Shown in pieces: positions 1 through 11,936 of a stretch of 64,000 nt of DNA. The notes beneath the pieces are model-generated. The model did not search any database and was not told where the DNA came from. It saw only the letters and a list, made by a program, of their open reading frames with translations. Location: contig JBAZLK010000002.1 of the NCBI GenBank assembly GCA_041650335.1, positions 41,818 to 105,817 on the forward strand, written 5' to 3'. The translations under genes were made by a program, and so were the position numbers. The stretch is from Patescibacteria group bacterium. Its GTDB lineage: Bacteria; Patescibacteriota; Patescibacteriia; JAHIZJ01. Position 1 is the stretch's first letter; each line of letters opens with the position of its first letter.

Positions 1-761
1 AAAAGACTGCGGCTCAGGATATTGTCCTCGGCCAATACCGACGGCAGAATCGTTCGCATAATATCTTCCTGGGTAACATACAGTAAGTCGGGTATCGTCT
101 CCCGGATCGACTTGTGGAACAGTTTTTTCCACAAAAATGCGTTGATAACGCCTATTTGGTCGTTGTAGCTTTGGACCCGAGAAAAATCAAGCCCGCCTAT
201 CTCCTGTTCTATGGCTTTCAAAAAATCCTGTTCCTCGCCGGTAAAATTGTTCCAGCTGTCAGTCTTTCGCAAATTCTCGGTAAAATTAAAATCGCGCCGG
301 CCGATAAAACAGCTGGCTTGATGCATTTCCTTATTCGAAAAAAGAGGGACGCGCTTGCCGTGAAGCTGAAACCCCTTGCGATTGAAAAAATTATTCGGTG
401 GAACGACTGAGCTCGTCAAAACAACGATTGGCTGTCGATCGCCCGTGAGCAGGCGGTGGGCATTAGCGACAAGATTCGTGGCCAGCAGTATCGGATGGTT
501 GAGGATGGAATGATGGTCGACAATATTGAGGCTCAGCGGCGGGGTAAGGCGTTCCTGGCGCTGAAAAACGCGTGCAAGATACCCAGCGATCGTCCGAGCC
601 AACAGCTCTTGGCGCTGCGTATGGACTGAGTCGGCCGTATACGCGTAGAGCGTATGTGAAAACTCAGTAATTGTATCGTTGCAGTCAAAATATTCCGCCA
701 CCACCGGGGCGTATTTCCGTATCCCGTTTTTCAGTATTTCGACGTTTTTTGAGTCAGGCAT
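1..761 (-). CDS. hypothetical protein; 3' part runs off the window start
   Basis: Unbroken minus-strand frame from an ATG near 761 (MPDSKNVEILKNGIRKYAPVVAEYFDCNDTITEF...) to the window edge. Absent from the ORF track because it is truncated. No motif recognised. Confidence 0.5.
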   Translation of the reverse strand, partial: MPDSKNVEILKNGIRKYAPVVAEYFDCNDTITEFSHTLYAYTADSVHTQRQELLARTIAGYLARVFQRQERLTPPLSLNIVDHHSILNHPILLATNLVANAHRLLTGDRQPIVVLTSSVVPPNNFFNRKGFQLHGKRVPLFSNKEMHQASCFIGRRDFNFTENLRKTDSWNNFTGEEQDFLKAIEQEIGGLDFSRVQSYNDQIGVINAFLWKKLFHKSIRETIPDLLYVTQEDIMRTILPSVLAEDNILSRSL

Positions 762-766
762 AGTGA

Positions 767-1333
767 CTACTTCACAAGATCGCCTAAGCCGACATCTTTC
801 AGTACGTCGTCGATCTTTGTGTGTAATTCATCAATCGTGCCGTCATTGACGATGTTATAGTCCGCCAATTTCCGAGAGGCGAGCAATTGAGCCTGAGACC
901 CTTGGCCGGTAATCTGAAACTCTTCCTGTTTACAAAATTCTTCGTACGTCATTTGATCACCCGGCCGGCCGCGTTCTTTAATCCGTTGGTAGCGCAGCTC
1001 AATCGGCGCATCAACGCTCACTAAGACAAAATCGCCGCCTTCTCGCAATGCAGCAATTTCGTCCGGATGACGCAAGCTGTCGACAATAACCAATTTCTCG
1101 CCCTTTGCTTCAATCTGTTCCAATAAACGTTTCGGAATAATGCCAGCGCCGAATTGCGAGCGCAGGCTGTTGCCAAGCGTAATGAGATTTTCGATCGTTT
1201 TCGGCTGGCCGAGCTTTTCCAGCTCACCGCGCAAATAGTCGGAACACGAATGATAGATGAAACCCTTTGTTTTCAAGTATTCCCCGATTTCACCCTTGCC
1301 CGCGCCAAAATAACCAGTGAGTCCAATAATCAT
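767..1333 (-). CDS. P-loop nucleotide kinase (dNMP-kinase-like or dephospho-CoA-kinase-like)
   Basis: N-terminal Walker A GLTGYFGAGKGE. Small kinase fold size. Immediately downstream of dCMP deaminase. Confidence 0.6.
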   Translation of the reverse strand: MIIGLTGYFGAGKGEIGEYLKTKGFIYHSCSDYLRGELEKLGQPKTIENLITLGNSLRSQFGAGIIPKRLLEQIEAKGEKLVIVDSLRHPDEIAALREGGDFVLVSVDAPIELRYQRIKERGRPGDQMTYEEFCKQEEFQITGQGSQAQLLASRKLADYNIVNDGTIDELHTKIDDVLKDVGLGDLVK

Positions 1334-1335
1334 GG

Positions 1336-1869
1336 CTAGGTATTCTTAATGACAACATCGCCCTCAGCCGCTTTTTTCTCCTCGATTTCATCGGCAAACA
1401 TCTGCCTCACTTCGGAATTCCAATCTTTGTTGTCAGTATAAAGGTCAACCTGCAAACCCGCTTCGCGGAGATAGTCCGGCGCTTTCGAATTTCGGTAGAT
1501 TTTGGCATAGACAACGCGTTTCACTCCGGCGGCCACCACGTATTTGCAACAATGGATGCACGGAATGTATTTGGTATAGAGCGTCGATCCGTCCGTGCTC
1601 GCGCCCGGAATAACCGCCGCCTGAAGTATTGCATTGTGCTCGCCGTGGATCGTCCGGACGCAGTGCCCCTCTTCCATCATGTGACCGACGTCGTCGCAAT
1701 GTGGCAAACCCGGCGGCGATCCGTTGTACCCGGTCGAGATGATACGATTATCCTTGACCAAGACGGCGCCGGCGCGGAGCCGATCGCAGGTTGAGCGCGA
1801 CGCCACCACTCGGGCAATCGCCATGAAATAGTCGTCCCAGCCCGGACGATAATTCTCTTTGTTGGTCAT
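1336..1869 (-). CDS. comEB: deoxycytidylate (dCMP) deaminase
   Basis: Cytidine/deoxycytidylate deaminase zinc motifs HGEHNAI...PCIHCCK. Confidence 0.85.
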   Translation of the reverse strand: MTNKENYRPGWDDYFMAIARVVASRSTCDRLRAGAVLVKDNRIISTGYNGSPPGLPHCDDVGHMMEEGHCVRTIHGEHNAILQAAVIPGASTDGSTLYTKYIPCIHCCKYVVAAGVKRVVYAKIYRNSKAPDYLREAGLQVDLYTDNKDWNSEVRQMFADEIEEKKAAEGDVVIKNT

Positions 1870-1881
1870 GGGAAAGAGTAT

Positions 1882-2562
1882 TTACAGATTAATACGAAGG
1901 CCTGGCCCCATGGTCGAAGTCAGGGTTATGCTCCGGATAAAGACGCCTTTTGAGGCATCGGGCTTGGCGCGTTTAATCGCCTCAACAAAGGCACGAATAT
2001 TCGCCTCGAGTACGCTTGGCTCAAATGACGCCTTGCCGATAATCTGATGAATATTGCCGGTATCGTCAGAGCGGAAAGCGATCTTGCCGCCTTGAAGGTC
2101 TTTCAACGTTTTTACGACATCGGTTGTGACCGTTTCGTTCTTCGGATTTGGCATTAATCCCTTGGTACCGAGAATTTTTGCAACCGGGCCAAGTTGGCGC
2201 ATCATTTCCGGCGTCGCCAAGGCGAGATCAAAATCAGTTTTTCCGGTCGTTTTTATCTCTTTGATAAGCTCAGCGCCACCCGCCAACGCCGCACCGGCGG
2301 CGAGCGCTTTTTTCTGATCGGCTTCATTCGCGAAAACGGCGATTCGAAGAGTCCGGCCGGTCGGATTGGGCAACACGGTTGTCGACCGTATTTGCTGATC
2401 GGCTTTTTTCGGATCAATGCCAAGATGCAGATGGACCTCAATTGACTCGTCAAATTTGGCAGTGGCGCCTTTTTTGACAAGTCCGATCGCCTCGGCGATG
2501 GCATAGGTTTTTTTTGGCTCCATCCCCTCGCCGACTGCGCGATACCGTTTACTTCGGTTCAT
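1882..2562 (-). CDS. rplA: 50S ribosomal protein L1
   Basis: 226 aa; L1 family sequence (KRYRA...IEVHLHLGIDPKK...). Confidence 0.93.
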   Translation of the reverse strand: MNRSKRYRAVGEGMEPKKTYAIAEAIGLVKKGATAKFDESIEVHLHLGIDPKKADQQIRSTTVLPNPTGRTLRIAVFANEADQKKALAAGAALAGGAELIKEIKTTGKTDFDLALATPEMMRQLGPVAKILGTKGLMPNPKNETVTTDVVKTLKDLQGGKIAFRSDDTGNIHQIIGKASFEPSVLEANIRAFVEAIKRAKPDASKGVFIRSITLTSTMGPGLRINL

Positions 2563-2645
2563 GTTTCTTCTCCTTCGTGGTTCAGGCGACCAGCCAGACG
2601 CGGCCGGTCTCCCACAATGATGAGATATTAGATATGCGACTGACG

Positions 2646-3074
2646 CTATTTTTCTTCAACCGTAATGCCCATATTCCGGGCCGTGCCTTCAATAATCCGC
2701 ATCGCTCCGCCCAGGTCCTTGGCATTCAAATCAGCCATTTTCCGTTCGGCGATTTCCTTGATCTGGGCTTTTGTCACCGTGCCGACCTTCGTGCGCAAGG
2801 GGTCGCCCGATCCTTTTTCGATCTTGGCGGCTTTCTTGAGCAGGACCGAGGCTGGTGGCGTCTTTAAAATAAAGGCGTATGTTCGATCTTCGTAGACGGT
2901 TAATTCTACCGGAATGACGTCGCCGCCGAGGCTTTTGGTTCGATCGTTGAATTTCGAGCAAAAATCCTGGATATTCAAACCGTGCTGGCCAAGAGCCGGG
3001 CCGATCGGCGGTGCGGGCGTGGCTTTCCCAGCGGTTATTTGAAGTTTGATGACGGTCTTAATTTTTTTTGCCAT
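2646..3074 (-). CDS. rplK: 50S ribosomal protein L11
   Basis: 142 aa; L11 signature [26 protein letters not shown]. Confidence 0.95.
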   Translation of the reverse strand: MAKKIKTVIKLQITAGKATPAPPIGPALGQHGLNIQDFCSKFNDRTKSLGGDVIPVELTVYEDRTYAFILKTPPASVLLKKAAKIEKGSGDPLRTKVGTVTKAQIKEIAERKMADLNAKDLGGAMRIIEGTARNMGITVEEK

Positions 3075-3089
3075 AGGAAGTGTATCGCG

Positions 3090-3635
3090 TTAGATTTTTT
3101 TGATCTGGAGGAAATCAAGCTCAACCGGCGTCTCGCGGCCGAACATCGAAACGAGTATTTTAACCTTCCCGCGGGCTTCATCAATTTCACTGACCCGTCC
3201 CTCAAAGTCCTTAAATGGTCCATCGATGATCCGCACGGGCGTATTGAGACTGACGTCAATCTTGTATTTCGGTTCTTCGACGCCCATCCGCTTCTGGAGT
3301 GATTTCACTTCTTCATCAGAGATCGGCGTCGGAGTCGTGCCTGAGCCGACAAAACCAGTCACGTTCGGCGTATTCCGGACAACGTACCAGGAATCATCCG
3401 TCACGATCATTTCGACCAGCACATAGCCGGGAAATATCTTTTCGGTGACGATCTTCCGTTTCCCGTTTTTAATCTTGATCTTTTTTTCCGTCGGTATGAG
3501 CACGTTGTAGATCTTGTCTTCCATGTCCATCGACTCAATCCGTTGCTTCAAATTACGGGAAACGTTTTCTTCATACCCAGAATAGGTATGAAGGACATAC
3601 CAGCGTCGGCCTTGGGCACCAGTTTGTTTCGGCAT
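3090..3635 (-). CDS. nusG: transcription termination/antitermination factor NusG
   Basis: N-terminal RWYVLHTYSGYE (NGN domain) and C-terminal KOW (FEGRVSEID...GKVKILVSMFGRETPVELD). Conserved secE-nusG-rplK-rplA order. Confidence 0.92.
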   Translation of the reverse strand: MPKQTGAQGRRWYVLHTYSGYEENVSRNLKQRIESMDMEDKIYNVLIPTEKKIKIKNGKRKIVTEKIFPGYVLVEMIVTDDSWYVVRNTPNVTGFVGSGTTPTPISDEEVKSLQKRMGVEEPKYKIDVSLNTPVRIIDGPFKDFEGRVSEIDEARGKVKILVSMFGRETPVELDFLQIKKI

Positions 3636-3650
3636 AGGATAAAACGAAAA

Positions 3651-3848
3651 TTATTTCTGAATAATGCGTTGCAGTCCAAAATTGAGAATGTAGTCCATCA
3701 GCCCGAGAAACAGCGCCACGCCAAGGCTGATCCCAATCACCAGCAGGGTGTTTCGAACTGTTTCCTGCCGGGTTGGCCAAACGACTTTTCTCAGCTCGTC
3801 TTTGGACTCTTTGAGGTACCGGGTGAGCCGGTTGTTTGCGAAATCCAT
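3651..3848 (-). CDS. secE: preprotein translocase subunit SecE
   Basis: 65 aa; single TM helix; position upstream of nusG. Confidence 0.85.
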   Translation of the reverse strand: MDFANNRLTRYLKESKDELRKVVWPTRQETVRNTLLVIGISLGVALFLGLMDYILNFGLQRIIQK

Positions 3849-3960
3849 GATTATACGTGGTTTTTAAAATCCGCGCTGGGCGGATAAATTGAACTATCCC
3901 CAGTATACAATAGGCTAATCAACTTGGCAAGGGCGCTTGAAAAATGGCGCAAATTCCCTG

Positions 3961-4503
3961 TTACCAGCGGGTATCCTTAATTTTCAAATAATAGCCGATA
4001 TGGTTGGCAATGACGTGCACAGCAAACCCTACAATAATGGACATAATAACGATCTGGACAGACAGCTGGACGTAAAAACTCGCAAAAACCAGGCCACCGA
4101 TAATATAGTCAATCTGGTCAAAAGGCAGCCAGCGCGCCCCCGGCGCCAGACGAAAACGGCGCTTGAAGAATGCGCGAACCAAATCACCAAATAACGCTCC
4201 AAAGCCAATCACAAAACCATAGTATGACGGGATGTCGGGATAATCAAAAAAACTCAGGTACTTGAACGACGGGATGGCATAGACCGCTTGTTGCAATATA
4301 AAAATACCGCCCCCGGACAACGTCCCGACCAAAAAGCCGCGCCAGGTCTTGTGCTCACCGAAGAGCGGCTGGCCTAATAACTTTCTGCCGCCGTCCACCG
4401 GCCGCGCCAAAACCTGCCATTGTTTTTTCACAACCGAAGCGCTGACGTTGGCCACGCCCATCGGTACGATGAACCAAAAACATTGGAGGATAAATTGGAC
4501 CAT
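3961..4503 (-). CDS. CarS-like (DUF46) CTP:lipid cytidylyltransferase; CDP-archaeol synthase family
   Basis: Multi-TM, 180 aa. Motifs PVDGGRKLLG...GEHKTWRG and C-terminal FGDLVRAFFKRRFRL...PFDQIDY resemble the archaeal CarS signatures (GDGKTWEG, DQxD). Confidence 0.65.
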   Translation of the reverse strand: MVQFILQCFWFIVPMGVANVSASVVKKQWQVLARPVDGGRKLLGQPLFGEHKTWRGFLVGTLSGGGIFILQQAVYAIPSFKYLSFFDYPDIPSYYGFVIGFGALFGDLVRAFFKRRFRLAPGARWLPFDQIDYIIGGLVFASFYVQLSVQIVIMSIIVGFAVHVIANHIGYYLKIKDTRW

Positions 4504-4506
4504 AGT

Positions 4507-4971
4507 CTATATAATTGCTAATCGGTAGATCCAATAGATGAGAAAAAACAACCTGAGCGGCTGAACCAACGAGCGTTTCAGTGCGTGGCTGATAACAGTA
4601 ATGCCACAATTGCCTGCCCAAAAAAAGTACCACGGATACATAAACGGAAATAGGATAATGCCTTCAGACAGGCGGTCGCTGACCGTATCGATTACCCAGC
4701 CACGATAGCTGGAGCGATGGTACTTCTCAGCAATGGCGCCGTCGATGATATCGAAGAGCAGGTTTAACACTAGAAAGGTCGTGGCTAATACGTATGAATT
4801 TCCCAGATATGCGAGAGTGAATCCGATCGCCGCACCGACGGAGAGAGCGGAAACGGCCGTCGGATTAATATTCGGCCAGGGCAATAACTGAAGCTTCTGC
4901 ACTGTACTCGCCCGAAGCCGGGCGACCCAATTGAGCCGACGCGGTTTGAGGGTTGTTCCTTGCCATGGCAT
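4507..4971 (-). CDS. CDP-alcohol phosphatidyltransferase family protein
   Basis: Signature D-x2-DG-x2-AR...G-x3-D-x3-D (DIIDGAIAEKYHRSSYRGWVIDTVSDRLSE); multi-TM. Confidence 0.8.
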   Translation of the reverse strand: MPWQGTTLKPRRLNWVARLRASTVQKLQLLPWPNINPTAVSALSVGAAIGFTLAYLGNSYVLATTFLVLNLLFDIIDGAIAEKYHRSSYRGWVIDTVSDRLSEGIILFPFMYPWYFFWAGNCGITVISHALKRSLVQPLRLFFLIYWIYRLAII

Positions 4972-5292
4972 GATGATTTTGTTACAATTATCGGCCCTTC
5001 AATCTCCCGGCTAGGTTGACAACGAGAAAAGAGGTGATGAAAAATGTGGGAGATAATTGATAATTTCCTGGCGTCAGCATGGCGTTTCGTGTTTGGTACG
5101 TACCGGGATTTCCGGGAGCATATAAACCGACTGGCCGTTGCTAACAAACAGTCAACCACCATCCAAATTACGAACGTCTTCTGGTCGGGCTGGTCGCTCT
5201 ACCGATATCGTCTTGATCAGCGCACCGCCCAACCCGCACAAACAGACCGATCTCACCGCTAGCAGCCGCTCGCGCATTACGCTGGGCGGATT

Positions 5293-9733
<4,441 letters not shown>

Positions 9734-9737
<4 letters not shown>

Positions 9738-10045
9738 GTTGCCCGAAGAATTACTAAGACAAGGACGGCGACAAACAATAAGAGACCGATCAAAATAAAG
9801 CCGATCATTTCCGCGATCTCGGCATGACGCCGCAGCTTTTTAGTGTCGGCTGTTGATCGCGACGGTATGATGAATATCAAAACGCCGAGCAATAGGCTGT
9901 ATAACAAGTCAAAAAGAAATGAGGCGGTCGTAAACTTTTCATCGGTGGCGTAATCGAAACCGACCGCGAGCATGGCAAACAGGACAAATCCCATGAGAGC
10001 ATTGAAAAGGCGTGTTTCAAAAATTGCTTTGAATTGTTCCTTCAT
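9734..10045 (-). CDS. small integral membrane protein (hypothetical)
   Basis: 103 aa; three hydrophobic helices. Start and stop overlap the neighbouring genes by 4 nt, suggesting translational coupling. Confidence 0.55.
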
Positions 10046-10359
10046 TTTATTTTCGTCATGTTTTGAATTAATTTGAAAACCAGCAAGCCATAGAGGAGGA
10101 CGGCTAACGCCAACTTGATGAAAAGATCGTGTTTTGGCTGCGCCACCGCCGGTTTAGAGCTTGTTTGCGCCCGTTCCCGACGGCGCGTCCGGACCATAAA
10201 AATGACGATAAAGCTGGTGTAGCTAATCACGCCGATGACGGACCAAAACTGCAGCGTATTATCAACCGCCAGATCCCAGCCTAAACCGTAGAGTAGTACC
10301 AACAGGAAATAAACGGGCAAATCGTAATTTCGGTCTCGGATTTTTATAAAGAAGTTCAC
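10042..10359 (-). CDS. small integral membrane protein (hypothetical)
   Basis: 105 aa; hydrophobic helices; sits between pheS and pheT. Confidence 0.55.
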   Translation of the reverse strand: MNFFIKIRDRNYDLPVYFLLVLLYGLGWDLAVDNTLQFWSVIGVISYTSFIVIFMVRTRRRERAQTSSKPAVAQPKHDLFIKLALAVLLYGLLVFKLIQNMTKIK

Positions 10360-10363
10360 GATA

Positions 10364-11401
10364 TTAGAATTGTGATAAAAATCTCAAATCGCCAGAATAC
10401 GCTAAACGGATGTCCGGTATCCCATAATAAAGCATCATCAGACGATCAATGCCAAGCCCGAACGCAAAACCGCTGTAAACCGCCGGGTCAATACGCATAT
10501 TTTTCAAGACAACCGGATGGACCATTCCTGAACCGAGCATTTCTAGCCAGCCGCGTTGTTTGCAGACAGAACAGCCTTTTCCGCCGCACAAGATGCAACT
10601 CATATCAACATCGAGTCCGGGCTCGACAAAGGGATAATACTCGGGCCGGACGCGAATGCGCACCTGTTCGCCGTAGACGCTCTGAAGGAATGCCTTCAGC
10701 GTTCCGATCAAATCGGTGACGCGGATGCCTTTATCGATGACTAAACCTTCGCACTGATAAAAAGTGCATTCGTGCGAGGCATCCGTCGCCTCGTGTCGGA
10801 AGACGCGACCCGGCACAATGATGCGGACCGGCGGACGCCGCTCGAGCATGGTCCTGACCTGAACCGGCGAGGTATGCGTTCGTAGGAGCAGTTGATCGCC
10901 CGCCGAACTACTGGTTTGTTTTTTTGGTGACGTCACATAGTAGGTATCCCAGAGATCGCGCGCTGGATGGTCAGCTGGTATGTTCAATAGGTCAAAATTA
11001 TATTTCGCTGATTCAACCTCCGGACCATCAACTGTTTCAAAACCCATCGATTGAAATATCGACACGACCTTCCGCAAAAATTGACTGATCGGGTGATAGT
11101 GCCCGGAGCTCAGCGTGGTACCCGGTACGGTCGCGTCAATTGATTGAACGGTATTTTTTCGTGCCACCACGGACCGGCGCGAGGCAATTGCGTGTTCAAT
11201 CGCTCGACGGACATCATTCGCTTCCCGACCGACCTGGCGCCGCTGGTCAACGGGTAAATTTTTCAGTTCGCGAAGAAAGGCGGTGAATTTCGATTTTCGG
11301 CCGAGGTAGCGAACCGAAAGCTCCTCCAGCTTTTCAACCGAGGATGACTGTCCAACTTCCGACAAGGCCTGATGCTGGATGTGTTGAAGAAATTCGTTCA
11401 T
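10364..11401 (-). CDS. pheS: phenylalanine--tRNA ligase alpha subunit
   Basis: 345 aa; class II aaRS core with the PheS motifs (FRxE, GLGIDRLMML). Confidence 0.93.
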   Translation of the reverse strand: MNEFLQHIQHQALSEVGQSSSVEKLEELSVRYLGRKSKFTAFLRELKNLPVDQRRQVGREANDVRRAIEHAIASRRSVVARKNTVQSIDATVPGTTLSSGHYHPISQFLRKVVSIFQSMGFETVDGPEVESAKYNFDLLNIPADHPARDLWDTYYVTSPKKQTSSSAGDQLLLRTHTSPVQVRTMLERRPPVRIIVPGRVFRHEATDASHECTFYQCEGLVIDKGIRVTDLIGTLKAFLQSVYGEQVRIRVRPEYYPFVEPGLDVDMSCILCGGKGCSVCKQRGWLEMLGSGMVHPVVLKNMRIDPAVYSGFAFGLGIDRLMMLYYGIPDIRLAYSGDLRFLSQF

Positions 11402-11782
11402 TTAGGAATAGCTTTTACGTGTCAGGAAAAACAGCTCAATCAGTGACAACGAAATAATGAATAAGGCGGCGTTCCACCAAGTGAATATCCGCATGCCCTG
11501 CAAAACAAACGCACCGATAACCAGGAGAGCAAACAAAAGCGCCTGGCGGAAGGCGATTCCGACATGTTTAAAAACCATTTCCGTCTTTAAAAACCAGACC
11601 CGGAAAAAGAAACCAAGCAACGAAAACGTGCCGATCAGGGCGAAGAAGAGGCTGACGTAAAAAAGAAGCAGGCCGATAAATCCGGTTGAAAATGGATCGA
11701 TGTAAAAAACCACCGTAATCCAGCCAAGCCAGCAAATCAGCGTTACGATTGTCATGAAAATGAGGAATCTTTTCAGCGACAT
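11402..11782 (-). CDS. membrane protein (hypothetical)
   Basis: 126 aa; four predicted TM helices; abuts the pheS start. Confidence 0.55.
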   Translation of the reverse strand: MSLKRFLIFMTIVTLICWLGWITVVFYIDPFSTGFIGLLLFYVSLFFALIGTFSLLGFFFRVWFLKTEMVFKHVGIAFRQALLFALLVIGAFVLQGMRIFTWWNAALFIISLSLIELFFLTRKSYS

Positions 11783-11936
11783 ACTGCTTGTCTTCTGGTA
11801 ATTATTGATTATTTATAAGCCAAAAAATGGGTCGTTTTCCCTACCCTCAGAGTACCACAAAATTGTGTTTTTTTCAATAAAAGTACACCTCTGGTTGGGG
11901 ATATCTTTTTATCTATTATTAGCCAAATATTAGCTT

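Noticed and set aside
114-410. 98-aa plus-strand ORF (GTG start) in the ORF track
   Set aside because: It lies antisense inside a long uninterrupted minus-strand reading frame (1..761) that has a proper ATG and forms part of the minus-strand operon. The product has no features.
3849-3960. Expected tRNA (e.g. tRNA-Trp) between secE and the next gene, as in many bacteria
   Set aside because: No T-loop (GGTTCGAATCC-like) or cloverleaf-compatible sequence could be recognised in this gap or other intergenic gaps. No tRNA is called.
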